A stretch of 64,000 nucleotides of DNA from Pyrinomonadaceae bacterium (GCA_046313635.1 JBKBYA010000009.1:1-64000), one strand, 5' to 3'. Shown: positions 26,511 to 38,540, numbered from the stretch's first letter. Numbers and translations: made by a program. The notes: a model not told the origin generated them from the sequence alone.

Positions 26511-27818
26511 ATGGACAAGTTTCTGATCCGTGGCGGGCGGCCGCTGAACGGCAAGATCGAGATTAGCGGCGCCAAGAACTCGGCCCTGCCGTGTCTCGCG
26601 GCGACGCTTCTGACGGGCGAGACCGTCATTCTTCACAACGTCCCGTACGTCAAAGACCTGATCACGCAGCGGCGGCTGCTCGAGGACCTCGGGGCGACCG
26701 TGCTGACGCCCGAATTGCGGACGCACAAGGTCAACGCAAAGAACGTCGCCGTCTTTGAAGCGCCGTACGAGCTCGTCAAAACGATGCGAGCCAGTGTGCT
26801 CGCACTCGGGCCGCTGCTCGCGCGCTTTGGTCAGGCAAAGGTGAGTTTGCCGGGCGGCTGCGCGATCGGCACGCGGCCGATCGATCTGCACCTCCGCGCC
26901 TTTGAACAGCTCGGGGCCGAGGTCTCGCTCGAGCGCGGCGACGTCGTCGCACGCGCGCCTCGGGGCCGCCTCGTCGGCTCGACGATCGAATTCGAAAAGG
27001 TAACGGTCACCGGCACCGAGAACGTAATGATGGCGGCCGCGCTCGCCGACGGCCGTTCGACGATCGTCAACGCCGCGATGGAACCCGAGATCGAGGACCT
27101 CGCCGATCTGCTCAACAAGATGGGCGCCCGCATCAAAGGCGCCGGCACGCCGCAGATCGAGATCGAAGGCGTCGAAGAGCTCGGCGGCGCCGAGCACACG
27201 ATCATTCCCGATCGCATCGAGACCGGTACGTTCATGGTCGCCGCGGCGATCACCGGCGGCGAGCTCGAGATCAAGGGCTGCCGTCCCGATCATCTCGCCG
27301 CGGTGATCGACAAGCTGCGCGAGGCGGGCGTATCTATCGAGGAGCTAAACCCGAGCACTCTGCTCGTCAAGCGCGACGCCGGCGGCCTGCGGGCGAGCGA
27401 CGTCACGACCGAGCCGCACCCGCGATTCCCGACCGATATGCAGGCGCAGTACATGGCGCTGATGACGCAGGCCGAAGGCACGAGCGTGATCACCGAGACG
27501 ATCTTTGAAAATCGCTTTATGCACGCGTCTGAAATGAATCGAATGGGCGCCGACATTCACATCTCGCACAATCAGGCGACCGTGCGCGGAGCGACGCCGC
27601 TCACCGGAGCGCCGGTGCTCGCCTCCGACCTGCGGGCGTCGGCCTCGCTCGTCCTCGCCGGCCTCGCGGCGACCGGCGAGACGCTGATCGATCGCGTTTA
27701 TCATATCGACCGCGGCTACGAAACGATCGTCCGCAAGCTGCGCTCGCTCGGCGCCGACATCGAGCGTCTTAAAGAGGACGTCACCGCGCCGCTCGAGACC
27801 GAGACGCCTACCGATTAA
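26511..27818 (+). CDS. murA: UDP-N-acetylglucosamine 1-carboxyvinyltransferase
   Basis: [40 protein letters not shown]. Confidence 0.98.
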   Translation: MDKFLIRGGRPLNGKIEISGAKNSALPCLAATLLTGETVILHNVPYVKDLITQRRLLEDLGATVLTPELRTHKVNAKNVAVFEAPYELVKTMRASVLALGPLLARFGQAKVSLPGGCAIGTRPIDLHLRAFEQLGAEVSLERGDVVARAPRGRLVGSTIEFEKVTVTGTENVMMAAALADGRSTIVNAAMEPEIEDLADLLNKMGARIKGAGTPQIEIEGVEELGGAEHTIIPDRIETGTFMVAAAITGGELEIKGCRPDHLAAVIDKLREAGVSIEELNPSTLLVKRDAGGLRASDVTTEPHPRFPTDMQAQYMALMTQAEGTSVITETIFENRFMHASEMNRMGADIHISHNQATVRGATPLTGAPVLASDLRASASLVLAGLAATGETLIDRVYHIDRGYETIVRKLRSLGADIERLKEDVTAPLETETPTD

Positions 27819-27856
27819 CAAACCCCTCGCGTTTGTGATTAAATCGACTCATCGTT

Positions 27857-28210
27857 ATGAGCACAGAAAATAGCTGTCTTTTTTGCAGGATAGCTGCGGG
27901 CGAGATCCCGTCCGACCGCGTTTACGAGGACGACGACTGCGTCGCATTCAACGACATCAGCCCACAGGCGCCGACGCACATTTTGATCGTTCCGCGCCGG
28001 CACGTCGATTCGCTCGACAAGGCCGGGCACGAGCACGAGAGCGAACTCGGACGCCTGCTCCTCGCCGCTGCCGAGATCGCGCGCCGTGACGGATTTGCCG
28101 ACGCCGGCTACCGCGTCGTCATCAACACAAACGCCGATGGCGGGCAGACGGTCTTTCACCTCCACGTCCATCTGCTCGCGGGCCGGCCGTTCGTATTTCC
28201 TCCGGGATGA
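27857..28210 (+). CDS. Histidine triad (HIT) nucleotide-binding protein
   Basis: CLFCRI, PQAPTHIL, GQTVFHLHVH. Confidence 0.95.
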   Translation: MSTENSCLFCRIAAGEIPSDRVYEDDDCVAFNDISPQAPTHILIVPRRHVDSLDKAGHEHESELGRLLLAAAEIARRDGFADAGYRVVINTNADGGQTVFHLHVHLLAGRPFVFPPG

Positions 28211-28227
28211 GCATTTCGAGATCTCAC

Positions 28228-29091
28228 ATGGCAAAGAGCGTTTACTTTTTATTGGTAATCACGGCCCTGATCTGCTCGGCCTCATCGTGCTCGAGGAAGG
28301 GCGATGACGCCGGGCAGCGGTCCGCCGCCGAGGCCGCGCAGGAGTCTGTCGATGTCGCGCAGCTCACCGACGCGGCCCAGGCGCTTGCGGCGGGCGACCG
28401 GCTCTTTGAGAATAACCGCACCGAAGAGGCGATCCAGGCCTACCTTCGCGCGGTCGAGCTCGACCCCGACCTCGCCGAAGCGTACTTCAAGCTCGGCGTC
28501 GCCTACGCTCTTATCGAAAAGGAACAGAAAGAGGCGGCGAAAGAGGACGTCAACTCCGTCGAGGGCTCGCCCGGCGACAAAACCGTGCCCGAGTCTGAAA
28601 AGGCGTTCAAAAAGGCCGTCGCCGCCTACAAGCGAATTCTCGACAAAGAGCCCGAGAACGACGTCGCCTACTACAATCTCGGCCGCGCTTATAACAAGCT
28701 CAACGAGGACCATGACGCCGCCAAGGCGCTCCGCCAGGCCGTCAAGCTCAAGCCCGAAGAGGTCGAGTACCAGATCGAGCTCGGCGCCGTTTTGATCAAG
28801 CTCGCGCAGTATCGCGAAGCCATCCCGCCGCTCAAAAAAGCTCTCGAGCTCGACCCCGAAAATTCCAAGGCGACCGAGCTGCTCGAGGACGCCGAGGCCG
28901 GCCGCAGCCGCATCGACTACGCCCGCAAGGACGCCGAGCGCGCGGCAAATTCGAATTCGAACTCGAATGCCAACTCCAAACCGGACGACGACGCCGACGA
29001 CGACGAGCGCCCCTCAGCCAACGCCGACCAGTCTCCTCCAAAGTCGGCAAACACAAAACGGCCCGAGCCGCGGCCGACCGGCAAGCCGTAA
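28228..29091 (+). CDS. Exported TPR-repeat protein (possible lipoprotein)
   Basis: Hydrophobic N-terminus ending ASSC; AYFKLG / AYYNLG TPR repeats. Confidence 0.85.
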   Translation: MAKSVYFLLVITALICSASSCSRKGDDAGQRSAAEAAQESVDVAQLTDAAQALAAGDRLFENNRTEEAIQAYLRAVELDPDLAEAYFKLGVAYALIEKEQKEAAKEDVNSVEGSPGDKTVPESEKAFKKAVAAYKRILDKEPENDVAYYNLGRAYNKLNEDHDAAKALRQAVKLKPEEVEYQIELGAVLIKLAQYREAIPPLKKALELDPENSKATELLEDAEAGRSRIDYARKDAERAANSNSNSNANSKPDDDADDDERPSANADQSPPKSANTKRPEPRPTGKP

Positions 29092-29188
29092 ATGCCGGTC
29101 AAGGTGAATCTAAAACACACACGGCCGCGGCCGCGTGTGTCAGCTTGACATTCGCTGCACGCCGAACGCACAGTTGACTCGGACGCCG

Positions 29189-31306
29189 ATGACCGCACGA
29201 TCCGACCAAACAGCTTCACTCTCGCTCGAGCGCAAGATCAAGATGCACGAGGCCCGCGAGGGCATCATCGACCGCCTCGCGCGAGACCTGCCGACGAGCA
29301 TCGACCTCGAACGCTTTCTCAACGTCGTCGTCTCAGAGATCGGCCGCATGCTCGACGCCGAGCGCTGCGACCTGCTGCAGCTCAACAACGAAAAAGAACT
29401 TCGGATCAGCCACGAATGGCGTCGCAGCCCGTCGGTGCCCAAGAGCGAGGGCACGATCATCCCGATCGACCCGCGCAAGCTGGGCGAGCTTTTCGATATC
29501 ACGCAGCCGATCCGGATCAACGACACTTCGGAGATCGTCGAGCCGGCGCTCAAGTTCCTCACCAAGGCGCTCGGGACGCGTTCGCTGCTGATCGTGCCGA
29601 TCGCCCTCGACGGCCGAGTGCTCGGCCTGCTGGGCCTGCACGATACCAAGGACCCGCGCGTCTGGCTCGACGAGGAGGTCGCCTTTCTCGACTCGATCGC
29701 GCGGCAGCTCGCCATCGGCTACCAGTACACGACGATGTACGTCGCGCAGCAGCAGGAGTCGCGGCGAACGCAGGCGCTGCTCGCGATCGCGAATACTTTG
29801 AATTCGCACTCCGACTTTAACGAGGTCTCGTCGCGCGTGCTCGAGCAGGCGGTCGATCTCGTCGGTGCCGACTACGCCGCGCTCGGTGTGCTCGACAAGA
29901 CCGGCGAAAAGATCTCGCTCGCCGCCTTCAAGACCGCCGCCGGCGTCAAACCTAGCGCGGTCTTTCAGATGATCGAGGAGCACAACAAGTCGCTCGACGT
30001 CGGACTATTTCCGGCGCTCGGCGACCTGATCCGCGACGGCAAGACGCTCAAGCTCGCCGACTCGTCGCTGCCCGAGCCGATCCGGGCCGTCTTTAACGAG
30101 CAGCTCGGCGGCAAGGCCGCTCTGGTCGCGCCGGTGCGCGTCGGCGAGAACGTTTTTGGCCTGCTCGGCTTTGTCTGGAGCGAGCGAAGCTCGTTCGAGG
30201 ATCACGACGTCGCGCTCGCCGAGGGCATCGCCGATCAGATCGGCACCGCGCTCGAGCGCGATCAGCTCTCGGCCGAGGTGATGCGGCTCAAGAGCGAGCT
30301 CAGCCAGCGCCAGCACAGCGAGATCGTCGGGCAGGCGGCGTCGCTGCGACGCTCGATCGAGCTCGCCCTCAGCGTGGCCGATACGACGACGACCGTTCTG
30401 ATCCAGGGCGAGAGCGGCACGGGCAAGGAGCTGCTCGCCAATCTGATCCACTACAATTCGGGCCGCGAGGGCGGGCCGTACGTCAAGATCAACTGCGGAG
30501 CGATCCCCGAGACGCTGCTCGAGTCGGAGCTCTTCGGTCACGAAAAAGGCGCTTTCACCGACGCCCGCGACCGGCGCCGCGGCCGCTTTGAAGAGGCCAA
30601 CGGCGGCACGCTGTTTCTCGACGAGATCGGCGAAATGTCTCTGCAGGCGCAGGTGCGTCTGCTGCGCGTCATACAAGACGGCGAGCTGACGCGCGTCGGC
30701 GGGAGCGACGTGATCAAGACCGACGTCCGCATCATCGCGGCGTCGAATGTCGATCTCGAGCAGGCGGTCGAGACCGGCACGTTTCGCAAAGATCTTTTTT
30801 ACAGATTGTCGGTCTTTCCGATCACGCTGCCGCCGCTGCGCGAGCGTGTCGAGGACATTCACCTGCTCGTGTTTCACTTTCTCGAGCGCTACACGGCCAA
30901 GTCGGGCCGATTCGTCTCGGGCATCTCAAAAGAAGCGATGCAGGCGCTCGTCAGCTACGAATGGCCGGGCAACGTCCGCGAGCTCGAGAACGCGATCGAG
31001 CGCGCCGTGATCGTCGCCTCGGGCCGCCAGATCGAGCTCGGCGATCTGCCGCCCGCGATCAGCAAGAGCGCTTTCGAGTCACACGCTCGCGCCCGGCACG
31101 AGCGCGCTGAGGCCGCGGCACGAGGCGAGTCGATCGGCATAGAGATCGAGCTGCCCGCGACGATCGACGAGATCGAACGCCGCGTCATCGAGGCGACGCT
31201 CCATTACGCCGGCGGCGACAAGTCGCGAGCCTCACGCCTGCTCAACATCGGCCGCAAGACGCTCTACCGAAAGCTGGAGAGGTACGGCCCGAGCGACCAA
31301 GGCTAG
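29189..31306 (+). CDS. Sigma-54-dependent Fis family activator with two GAF domains
   Basis: GESGTGKE, ESELFGHEKGAFTDA, LFLDEIG, FRKDLFYRL, WPGNVREL, C-terminal HTH. Confidence 0.95.
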   Translation: MTARSDQTASLSLERKIKMHEAREGIIDRLARDLPTSIDLERFLNVVVSEIGRMLDAERCDLLQLNNEKELRISHEWRRSPSVPKSEGTIIPIDPRKLGELFDITQPIRINDTSEIVEPALKFLTKALGTRSLLIVPIALDGRVLGLLGLHDTKDPRVWLDEEVAFLDSIARQLAIGYQYTTMYVAQQQESRRTQALLAIANTLNSHSDFNEVSSRVLEQAVDLVGADYAALGVLDKTGEKISLAAFKTAAGVKPSAVFQMIEEHNKSLDVGLFPALGDLIRDGKTLKLADSSLPEPIRAVFNEQLGGKAALVAPVRVGENVFGLLGFVWSERSSFEDHDVALAEGIADQIGTALERDQLSAEVMRLKSELSQRQHSEIVGQAASLRRSIELALSVADTTTTVLIQGESGTGKELLANLIHYNSGREGGPYVKINCGAIPETLLESELFGHEKGAFTDARDRRRGRFEEANGGTLFLDEIGEMSLQAQVRLLRVIQDGELTRVGGSDVIKTDVRIIAASNVDLEQAVETGTFRKDLFYRLSVFPITLPPLRERVEDIHLLVFHFLERYTAKSGRFVSGISKEAMQALVSYEWPGNVRELENAIERAVIVASGRQIELGDLPPAISKSAFESHARARHERAEAAARGESIGIEIELPATIDEIERRVIEATLHYAGGDKSRASRLLNIGRKTLYRKLERYGPSDQG

Positions 31307-31427
31307 GGCAGTATCTCGTGCGCGGCCGAGGCGCTCGGCGGAATATCCCGCTGGCTCGCCGCAGTGCGGTAATTTGGCTTCGGCGGCCCGCTCTTGTATT
31401 TTTTTAGTTACAAAGCAGGTAGCGCTT

Positions 31428-31670
31428 ATGAGTATCTCACCCGTCGATGTACAGCCGCTCGCGGTCGATGTGACCGTCACAGCCGAATTCCTTCAGGTGG
31501 CGCTTGCAGACGGCCGCGAGGTATCGGTGCCGCTCAAATGGTTTCCGCCGCTCGAGGAAGCCTCGTCAAAAGATCTCAAGAATTGGCGCCTGATCGGCGG
31601 CGGCCTCGGCATCCGCTGGGAATCGCTCGACCAGGACGTCTCGGTCGAGAGCCTGCTCCGCCTGAGATGA
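31428..31670 (+). CDS. DUF2442 domain protein
   Basis: V.LADGREVSVPL.WFP.L...NWRLIGGG.GI.WE.LDQDVSV. Confidence 0.85.
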   Translation: MSISPVDVQPLAVDVTVTAEFLQVALADGREVSVPLKWFPPLEEASSKDLKNWRLIGGGLGIRWESLDQDVSVESLLRLR

Positions 31671-31694
31671 GACGAGATGCAAGGCGCCTTAAAG

Positions 31695-31733
31695 TTAATT
31701 ACTAATTGTATAATTAATAATTAGTAATTAACT
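31695..31733. repeat. AT-rich inverted repeat
   Basis: GTTAATTACTAATT-N11-AATTAGTAATTAAC, perfect 14-bp arms. Confidence 0.85.
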
Positions 31734-31772
31734 CTCGATAACAACTGCTCAAGTCCGATCCTTTCTCCAAAG

Positions 31773-33692
31773 ATGCACATCATCGTCGGTACCGCCGGAC
31801 ACATCGATCACGGCAAGACCGCGTTGGTCAAGGCGCTGACCGGCACCGACGCCGACCGGCTGCCCGAAGAAAAGCAGCGCGGCATCACGATCGATCTCGG
31901 CTTTGCCGAATTGAGCGAGGGCGACGCTCGGATCAGCTTCATCGACGTGCCGGGCCACGAGCGCTTTGTCAAGAACATGCTCGCCGGAGCGAGCGGGATC
32001 GACGTCGTGCTGCTCGTCGTCGCGGCAGACGAGGGCGTGATGCCGCAGACGCGCGAGCACTTTGATATCTGCCGCCTGCTGCGTGTCAGGCGCGGCGTCG
32101 TCGCATTGACCAAGTCTGACCTCGTCGACGACGAGACCCTCGAGATCGCGCGCGAGGACGTCGCGGAGCTCGTCGCCGGATCGTTTCTCGAAGGAGCGCC
32201 GGTCGTGCCCGTGAGCTCGCGCACCGGTGCAGGCATCGAGCGGCTGAGAGAGGTCTTGCTCGACGCCGTGCAAAGCGCGCCGCCCCGAGCCGACGACTCT
32301 GCGGCGCGTCTGCCGATCGACCGCAGCTTTTCGGTAAAGGGTTTTGGCGCGGTCGTGACGGGCACGCTCGCCGCCGGAAAGATCGTCGAGGGCAGCGAGC
32401 TCGAACTGCTGCCGCCGGGCCGGCGCGTGCGCGTTCGCGGCGTGCAGTCGCACGGCCGCTCGGTCAGCGAGGCCGCCGCCGGTCGCCGAACGGCGGTGAA
32501 TCTCGGCGGCATCGATCATCACGAGATCCACCGCGGAATGACGCTCGCCGAGCCCGGCGTGCTGCGGCCCGCGCAGATGTTTGACGCCGAGGTCGAGGTT
32601 CTAGCCGATGCGCCGCGGCCGCTGCGTACGCGTCAGCGAGTACGGGTACACATCGGCACGGCCGAGCTGCTCGCCCGCGTCGAGGTGCTCGACCCGGCAT
32701 CGGCCGAGATCGCTGCGGGCGGGCGCGGCTTTGTGCAGCTGCGTCTCGAGTCGCCCGCCGTGGCGGTGACGGGCGAGAGATTCATCATCCGCAGCTACTC
32801 GCCGCAGGCGACGATCGCCGGAGGAGCGGTCCTGCGGCCGGCGAGCGAAAGGCCGAGACGAAAGGCGATGGTTTCGTACGTCGAGCTGCTGTCAAAACTC
32901 TCCGCCGCCGCCGGCGACAAGCCGACGATCGTCAAACGTCTCGTCACCGACTCGGGCGCCGGCGGCCTGACAATCGCCGACATTCGCGCGATCACCGGCT
33001 GGCGGCAAGACGTCGCGGCTGAAGCTCTCTCCAGATCGATCTCGGCTGCCGATACGCTCGACGCGAATGGCGTCCACATCGCAGCGTCAGCCTTTGACCG
33101 ACTCGCCGCGGCCGCCGTCGCCGCGATCGATCGGCATCACAAACAAGATCCTCTCTCAAAAGGCCTGCCGCTCGACGCCCTGCGCGAGCGCGTTTTCAAA
33201 TTTGTCCCGGCCGAGGTGCAGCGGGCCGTCGTCGCTTCGCTGGTCGAGAGCGGCAAGGCCTCGCTCGACAAGGACGCGATCCGCTCGGCCGGGCACCGCG
33301 CCGAATTATCGCCCGGCGAGACCGCTGCGATCGAGAAGCTGCGTTCGATCTTTCGCGGCGAACTCAACGTGCCAAAGCTCGACGAAGCGCTCGCCGAGGC
33401 CGCCCGCGCCGGGCGGACCGATGCGGCGACCGCGCGCAAGCTTCTCAAGATACTGACCGACACCGGCGAGATCCGGCAGGTCACGCCGGAGTTCTATTTC
33501 GCCGCCGCCGTGCTCGACGATCTTGTCCAGAAGCTGCGCCGCTTTGCCGACGCCTCCGCCGATCGCTTGATCGACGTGCCCGCCTTCAAAGATCTCGCCG
33601 GCGTCTCGCGCAAGTATGCGATCCCGCTGCTCGAGTATTTTGACCGCACAAAGGTCACCGCCCGCCGCGGCGATAAACGTTACATTCTGTAG
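31773..33692 (+). CDS. selB: Selenocysteine-specific translation elongation factor
   Basis: [27 protein letters not shown]-terminal winged helix [15 protein letters not shown]. Confidence 0.96.
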   Translation: MHIIVGTAGHIDHGKTALVKALTGTDADRLPEEKQRGITIDLGFAELSEGDARISFIDVPGHERFVKNMLAGASGIDVVLLVVAADEGVMPQTREHFDICRLLRVRRGVVALTKSDLVDDETLEIAREDVAELVAGSFLEGAPVVPVSSRTGAGIERLREVLLDAVQSAPPRADDSAARLPIDRSFSVKGFGAVVTGTLAAGKIVEGSELELLPPGRRVRVRGVQSHGRSVSEAAAGRRTAVNLGGIDHHEIHRGMTLAEPGVLRPAQMFDAEVEVLADAPRPLRTRQRVRVHIGTAELLARVEVLDPASAEIAAGGRGFVQLRLESPAVAVTGERFIIRSYSPQATIAGGAVLRPASERPRRKAMVSYVELLSKLSAAAGDKPTIVKRLVTDSGAGGLTIADIRAITGWRQDVAAEALSRSISAADTLDANGVHIAASAFDRLAAAAVAAIDRHHKQDPLSKGLPLDALRERVFKFVPAEVQRAVVASLVESGKASLDKDAIRSAGHRAELSPGETAAIEKLRSIFRGELNVPKLDEALAEAARAGRTDAATARKLLKILTDTGEIRQVTPEFYFAAAVLDDLVQKLRRFADASADRLIDVPAFKDLAGVSRKYAIPLLEYFDRTKVTARRGDKRYIL

Positions 33693-34394
33693 ATGCGCAA
33701 ATTCTTGACAGCCGAATGGAGAGATCTCGTGATGGCAAATTACGAGGTCGACCCGTCAGTTCTGGCCCCGCTCGTGCCGATGGGCACCGTGCTCGACCTG
33801 CACGAGGGCCGCTGCTTTGTGAGCCTCGTCGCGTTTATGTTTCTGCGCACTCGCGTGCTCGGCGTGCCCGTGCCGTTCCACGTCAACTTTGGAGAGGTGA
33901 ATCTGCGGTTCTACGTCCGGCGCGAGGCCGATCGCGAGGTGCGCCGCGGCGTCGTCTTTGTGAAAGAGATCGTGCCGCGATATGCGATCGCGACCGTGGC
34001 TCGCGTCGCTTACGGCGAGCCTTACGAGTGCTGGAGGATGAGCAGCCGGCGAGACGACGGGCGTATAGCGTATCGATGGGAGCGGGCTGGCTGCCGCAAC
34101 TCGATCGCCATTCGCGCCGGCAAAGGCCTCGGCGTGCCGGGCGCGGATTCGCACGGCGCTTTTATCATCGAGCATTACTGGGGCTATACGCGTCGCGGGC
34201 CGGCGCGTACCGACGAATACAAGGTCGAGCATCCGAAGTGGGAACTGTTTTCGGCCGAGGAGCCGATCATCGACGTGGACTATGCCGCGACGTACGGCGA
34301 GAGGTTTGCATTCCTCGACGGCCAAAAGCCATACTCTGTGCTGCTCGCCGCAGGCTCCGAGATCGCCGTCTGCAAGGGCTCGAGAATCGTATGA
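33693..34394 (+). CDS. DUF2071 / YqjF family protein
   Basis: FLTAEW..L.MANY, EVNLRFYV, FI.EHYWGY, EY.VEHP.W. Confidence 0.85.
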   Translation: MRKFLTAEWRDLVMANYEVDPSVLAPLVPMGTVLDLHEGRCFVSLVAFMFLRTRVLGVPVPFHVNFGEVNLRFYVRREADREVRRGVVFVKEIVPRYAIATVARVAYGEPYECWRMSSRRDDGRIAYRWERAGCRNSIAIRAGKGLGVPGADSHGAFIIEHYWGYTRRGPARTDEYKVEHPKWELFSAEEPIIDVDYAATYGERFAFLDGQKPYSVLLAAGSEIAVCKGSRIV

Positions 34395-34870
34395 TCATCG
34401 GCATCGTCGCCATCGCAGAGAACTACGCCATCGGCCGCGGCGGCAAGCTGCCGTGGCACTATCCGGCCGACCTCAAATTTTTCAAACAAACGACGATGGG
34501 CCACGCGATCGTGATGGGCGCCAACACCTGGCGCTCGATCGGCCGGCCGCTGCCCGGCAGACTGAACATCGTCCTCAGCCGTTCGCTCGAGATAGAGCAG
34601 CAGCCGAATGTTGTCCTGACGCGCAGCCGCGACGAGGTGCTCGCGCTCGCTCCATTTTTGAAGGGCGATCTTTACGTGATCGGCGGGGCGAGCACGTACG
34701 AGACATTTGCCGACGCGATCGACGAATGGATAGTCACTCGCGTACCGCTCGCCGTCGACGATGCCGACGTCTTTATGCCCGACGATTTCCTCGACGGATT
34801 TTCGATCTCGGCATCGGCAGATCTCGGCGACGAATTGACGGTCGAGCGTTTCGGCCGAGCAAAGAGTTGA
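34391..34870 (+). CDS. folA: Dihydrofolate reductase
   Basis: IG..GKLPWH.PADL.FFK, MG..TW.SIGRPLPGR.NIVLS, YVIGG. Confidence 0.94.
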   Translation: MIIGIVAIAENYAIGRGGKLPWHYPADLKFFKQTTMGHAIVMGANTWRSIGRPLPGRLNIVLSRSLEIEQQPNVVLTRSRDEVLALAPFLKGDLYVIGGASTYETFADAIDEWIVTRVPLAVDDADVFMPDDFLDGFSISASADLGDELTVERFGRAKS

Positions 34871-34913
34871 GATAAAATCGGCCCGCAAATTCTAACGCAG
34901 GAGGATCGTGAAT

Positions 34914-35228
34914 ATGATGGGGGGCAGGTCTTGGGACGACTGGATCGAGGAGTATTCGCACAGCCACGAGCACCCGATGAATCGGCTGACGCACAGCTTT
35001 GGCATCCCGATGATCGCGCTGTCGATCCTGCTCGTACCGGTTTGTTTTTTTGTCGGCGGGCTGTGGCAGATCGCGCTCGGGCTCTTTGTCGTCGGCTGGA
35101 TACTGCAGTTCATCGGGCACTACTTCGAGGGCAAGCCGCCCGAGTTCTTCAAGGACTGGCGATTTTTGTTTGTCGGCCTGCGGTGGTGGTTCAAAAAGAT
35201 CGTCGGCGTCGGAACGCCGCACAAGTAG
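34914..35228 (+). CDS. DUF962/Mpo1-like membrane protein
   Basis: Y..SH.HP.NR.TH.FGIP; QFIGHYFEGK.P. Confidence 0.85.
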   Translation: MMGGRSWDDWIEEYSHSHEHPMNRLTHSFGIPMIALSILLVPVCFFVGGLWQIALGLFVVGWILQFIGHYFEGKPPEFFKDWRFLFVGLRWWFKKIVGVGTPHK

Positions 35229-35348
35229 CAGAGCTTTGAATGAATGATAGCCGGTAGCTGTTAGCTGATAGCTGACGGCTTTTTTTCTGCCTGAGAAACT
35301 CGTCTCTTTTGCCTGCCCGCAAAAGTCTTGGCATCATAGACAAAACCG

Positions 35349-37394
35349 ATGAGCACACCAGCACGCGCCAAAAAGAACGCAAACACCGCGACCGATCTCG
35401 ACCAGCTCTGCATCAACACGATCCGCACGCTTTCGCTCGACGCGATACAAAAGGCGAACTCCGGGCATCCGGGCCTGCCGCTCGGGATGGCCCCGACCGC
35501 CTACGTGCTGTGGACCAAGTTTTTGCGGCACAATCCGAAGAATCCGAGGTGGTTCAACCGCGACCGCTTTTTGCTCTCGGCCGGCCACGGCTCGATGCTG
35601 ATCTACAGCCTGCTGCACCTGACGGGCTACGATCTCTCGCTCGACGAGATCAAGCGTTTTAGACAGCTGCACTCTAAGACGCCGGGCCATCCCGAAAACA
35701 TTTTGACGCCCGGCGTCGAGATCACGACCGGCCCGCTTGGGCAGGGCTTTGCGAACGGCGTCGGGATGGGCATCGCGCAAAAGCACCTCGAGGCGATGTT
35801 CAACCGCAAGGGCTTTCCGGTCATCGACCACTTTATCTACTGCATCTGCTCTGACGGCGATCTGATGGAGGGCGTCAGTTACGAGGCGGCCTCGCTCGCA
35901 GGCCATCTCAAGCTCGACAACCTGATCTATCTATACGACGACAACCGCATCACGATCGACGGCTCGACCGATCTCGCTTTTACAGAGGACGTGACGAAGC
36001 GGTTCGAAGCGGCCGGCTGGGAAGTCTCGGTCGTCGAGGACGGCAACGATCTCAAGGCGATCGAGAACGCCATCCGCGCCGCGCAAAAGAGCACCGGTAA
36101 GCCGAAGCTGATCCGCGTCAAGACGATCATCGGCTTTGGAATGCCGAAGCAGGGCACGAACAAAGCGCATTCGGACGCTCCGGGCGAGGACGCCGTCAAA
36201 GAGACAAAGCGCAATCTCGGCTGGCCCGAGAACAAGCAGTTCTTTATCCCGCGTGAAGCGCTTTCGCACTTCCGCGAGGCCGTTAAGCGCGGCGCTCGGC
36301 TCGAAAAGGATTGGCTCGCGCTGGTCAAAAAGTACGAAAAGCAGTTTCCCGATCTCGCCAAGACGCTTGCCGACACGCGCCGCGGCCGCCTCGCCGACGG
36401 CTGGGAAAAGGCTTTGCCCAAATTCGACAATGTCGAGGCAAAGGCGACCCGCGCCTACAGCGGCGACGTCATCAACGCGATCGCGGCCGCGGTGCCGCAG
36501 CTCATCGGCGGCTCGGCCGATCTGACGCCGTCAAACAACACGCTGATCAAGGCGTCGGCGGACTTTCAGGCCGGTCAGTACCAGAACCGCAACATCCACT
36601 TCGGCATACGCGAGCACGCGATGGGCTCGACGATGAACGGCATGGCGCTCTACGGCAGCGTCATTCCGTACGGCGGTACGTTTCAGACATTTTCGGATTA
36701 TATGCGGCCGGCGATCAGGTTGGCGGCGCTGTCGCACATTCAGGTACTCTTCGTCTTCACGCACGACTCGATCGGCCTCGGCGAAGACGGCCCGACGCAC
36801 CAGTCGGTCGAGCATCTCGCTGCACTGCGTGCGATCCCGGATCTCGCCGTCATCCGTCCGGCGGACGCGCACGAGACACGTGAAGCGTGGCGTGCGGCAC
36901 TCAAGCGTGAGAACGCACCGACAGCATTCGCGCTCTCGCGTCAAAAGGTCGACCTCATCGATCGCAAACGATTTGCCGATGCCCGCGGCCTGCACAAAGG
37001 CGCGTACGTTCTCGCCGAGGCCGAAGACAAGAACGGCGGTGCGACGGAACCCAAGCTCATCCTCATCGCCACCGGCTCCGAGGTCGGCCTCGCGCTGAAG
37101 GCCCGCGAGCAGCTCAACAAACAGGGCATCGCGACCCGCGTCGTCTCGATGCCGTGCTGGGAATTCTTTGACGAGCAGACGGCGAAGTACAAAGAGTCGG
37201 TCCTGCCGCGAGCGGTCAAGGCGCGTCTCGCCATCGAGGCCGGCGTGAGCTTAGGCTGGGCAAAGTACGTCGGCGACGAAGGCGACACGCTGACGGTCGA
37301 CAGATTCGGCGCATCGGCGCCGGCGGAGGATGTTTTCCGCGATTACGGCTTCACGGTGGAGAATGTCGTGAAGAAGGCAAAGAAGCTGGTCTAA
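35349..37394 (+). CDS. tkt: Transketolase
   Basis: [40 protein letters not shown]. Confidence 0.98.
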   Translation: MSTPARAKKNANTATDLDQLCINTIRTLSLDAIQKANSGHPGLPLGMAPTAYVLWTKFLRHNPKNPRWFNRDRFLLSAGHGSMLIYSLLHLTGYDLSLDEIKRFRQLHSKTPGHPENILTPGVEITTGPLGQGFANGVGMGIAQKHLEAMFNRKGFPVIDHFIYCICSDGDLMEGVSYEAASLAGHLKLDNLIYLYDDNRITIDGSTDLAFTEDVTKRFEAAGWEVSVVEDGNDLKAIENAIRAAQKSTGKPKLIRVKTIIGFGMPKQGTNKAHSDAPGEDAVKETKRNLGWPENKQFFIPREALSHFREAVKRGARLEKDWLALVKKYEKQFPDLAKTLADTRRGRLADGWEKALPKFDNVEAKATRAYSGDVINAIAAAVPQLIGGSADLTPSNNTLIKASADFQAGQYQNRNIHFGIREHAMGSTMNGMALYGSVIPYGGTFQTFSDYMRPAIRLAALSHIQVLFVFTHDSIGLGEDGPTHQSVEHLAALRAIPDLAVIRPADAHETREAWRAALKRENAPTAFALSRQKVDLIDRKRFADARGLHKGAYVLAEAEDKNGGATEPKLILIATGSEVGLALKAREQLNKQGIATRVVSMPCWEFFDEQTAKYKESVLPRAVKARLAIEAGVSLGWAKYVGDEGDTLTVDRFGASAPAEDVFRDYGFTVENVVKKAKKLV

Positions 37395-37415
37395 CGTTCT
37401 TAAAAATTCCACAAG

Positions 37416-38540
37416 ATGGACATCGCCTCCGCGAGTACGCCGTCCCTGTTGCTCGATCTACATCGCGTCAAGCGGAACGCCGCCCGCGTCCGCCAGCTCG
37501 TATCGCGAAACCGCGTCCGTCTCCGCCCGCATATCAAGACGCACAAGTGCATCGAGGTCGCGCGGATCCAGACCGAAGGGTTTGACGGCGCGATCACCGT
37601 CTCGACGCTCGAAGAGGCCCGCGCTTTTGCTAAGCACGGGTTCACCGACATCACCTATGCCGTGCCGATCGAGCGAGGAAAATTTGGAGCGGCGATCGAG
37701 ATACTGAAGAGCGGCGTCAAGCTCGATCTTCTGACCGATGATGCTGAAGCTTCGCGTGAGCTCGATGAAGCGGCCGGTCGTGCGGGAGTAAAGTTTGACG
37801 TTTTTCTAAAGATCGACTCCGGCACGCATCGCGTCGGTGTCGAGCCTCACACCGAGGAGGCCGTTAAGATCCCGCGACAGATCTCCGACTCAAAGCATCT
37901 CAACTTCGCCGGCATCCTCACGCACGCCGGGCATTCGTACAACGCAAAAAGCAAACAGGAGATCCTCGACGTCGCACGCCGCGAGCGCAACGTGATGGTC
38001 GAGCACGCCGAGCGCCTGCGAGCGATGAGTATCGAAGTGCCGACGGTAAGCATCGGCTCGACGCCGACGATCTCGCTCGTCGATCACCTGTCCGGCATCG
38101 ACGAGGTCAGGCCGGGCAATTACATCTTTTTTGACAACTTTCAGGCGACGCTGGGAAGCTGCGGCTTTGAGGATACGGCGCTCACCGTTTTGACGGCCGT
38201 CGTTCACAAAGACAAGCGTCGGCGAAAGCTCGTCGTCGACTCCGGAGCGATCGCGCTCTCAAAAGACCGCGGCCCGGTTGGCCTCGATCCCGGCTGCGGC
38301 TACGGCCGCGTGCTCGACCTCGACGGCATCGACACGGGAATGCGCGTCACGTCATTGTCGCAGGAGCACGGCGAGATCGAATGCCATGGCGATAACGAGC
38401 ATTTTGATCGGTTAAAGGTCGGCGACCGGCTGCGCATACTCGCCAATCACTCGTGCCTCACCGCCGCGCAGCACGACCGCTACAACGTTATGGAAGACGG
38501 ACGGATCGTCGACCGCTGGGAGATACATCGAGGATGGTGA
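37416..38540 (+). CDS. PLP-dependent alanine-racemase-fold enzyme (D-serine dehydratase / D-threonine aldolase DSD1 family)
   Basis: RPHIKTHK, GSTPT, EVRPGNY, LSQEHG, NHSC. Confidence 0.88.
   Translation: MDIASASTPSLLLDLHRVKRNAARVRQLVSRNRVRLRPHIKTHKCIEVARIQTEGFDGAITVSTLEEARAFAKHGFTDITYAVPIERGKFGAAIEILKSGVKLDLLTDDAEASRELDEAAGRAGVKFDVFLKIDSGTHRVGVEPHTEEAVKIPRQISDSKHLNFAGILTHAGHSYNAKSKQEILDVARRERNVMVEHAERLRAMSIEVPTVSIGSTPTISLVDHLSGIDEVRPGNYIFFDNFQATLGSCGFEDTALTVLTAVVHKDKRRRKLVVDSGAIALSKDRGPVGLDPGCGYGRVLDLDGIDTGMRVTSLSQEHGEIECHGDNEHFDRLKVGDRLRILANHSCLTAAQHDRYNVMEDGRIVDRWEIHRGW

Noticed and set aside
30541..30570. GAFTDA instead of GAFTGA as an inactive enhancer-binding protein
   Set aside because: This is a common natural variant and all other AAA+ motifs are intact.
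33716..34870. 384-aa ORF as an extended DHFR fusion
   Set aside because: The N-terminal part is an off-frame overlap of the DUF2071 gene; DHFR starts at ATG 34391 with ATGA coupling.
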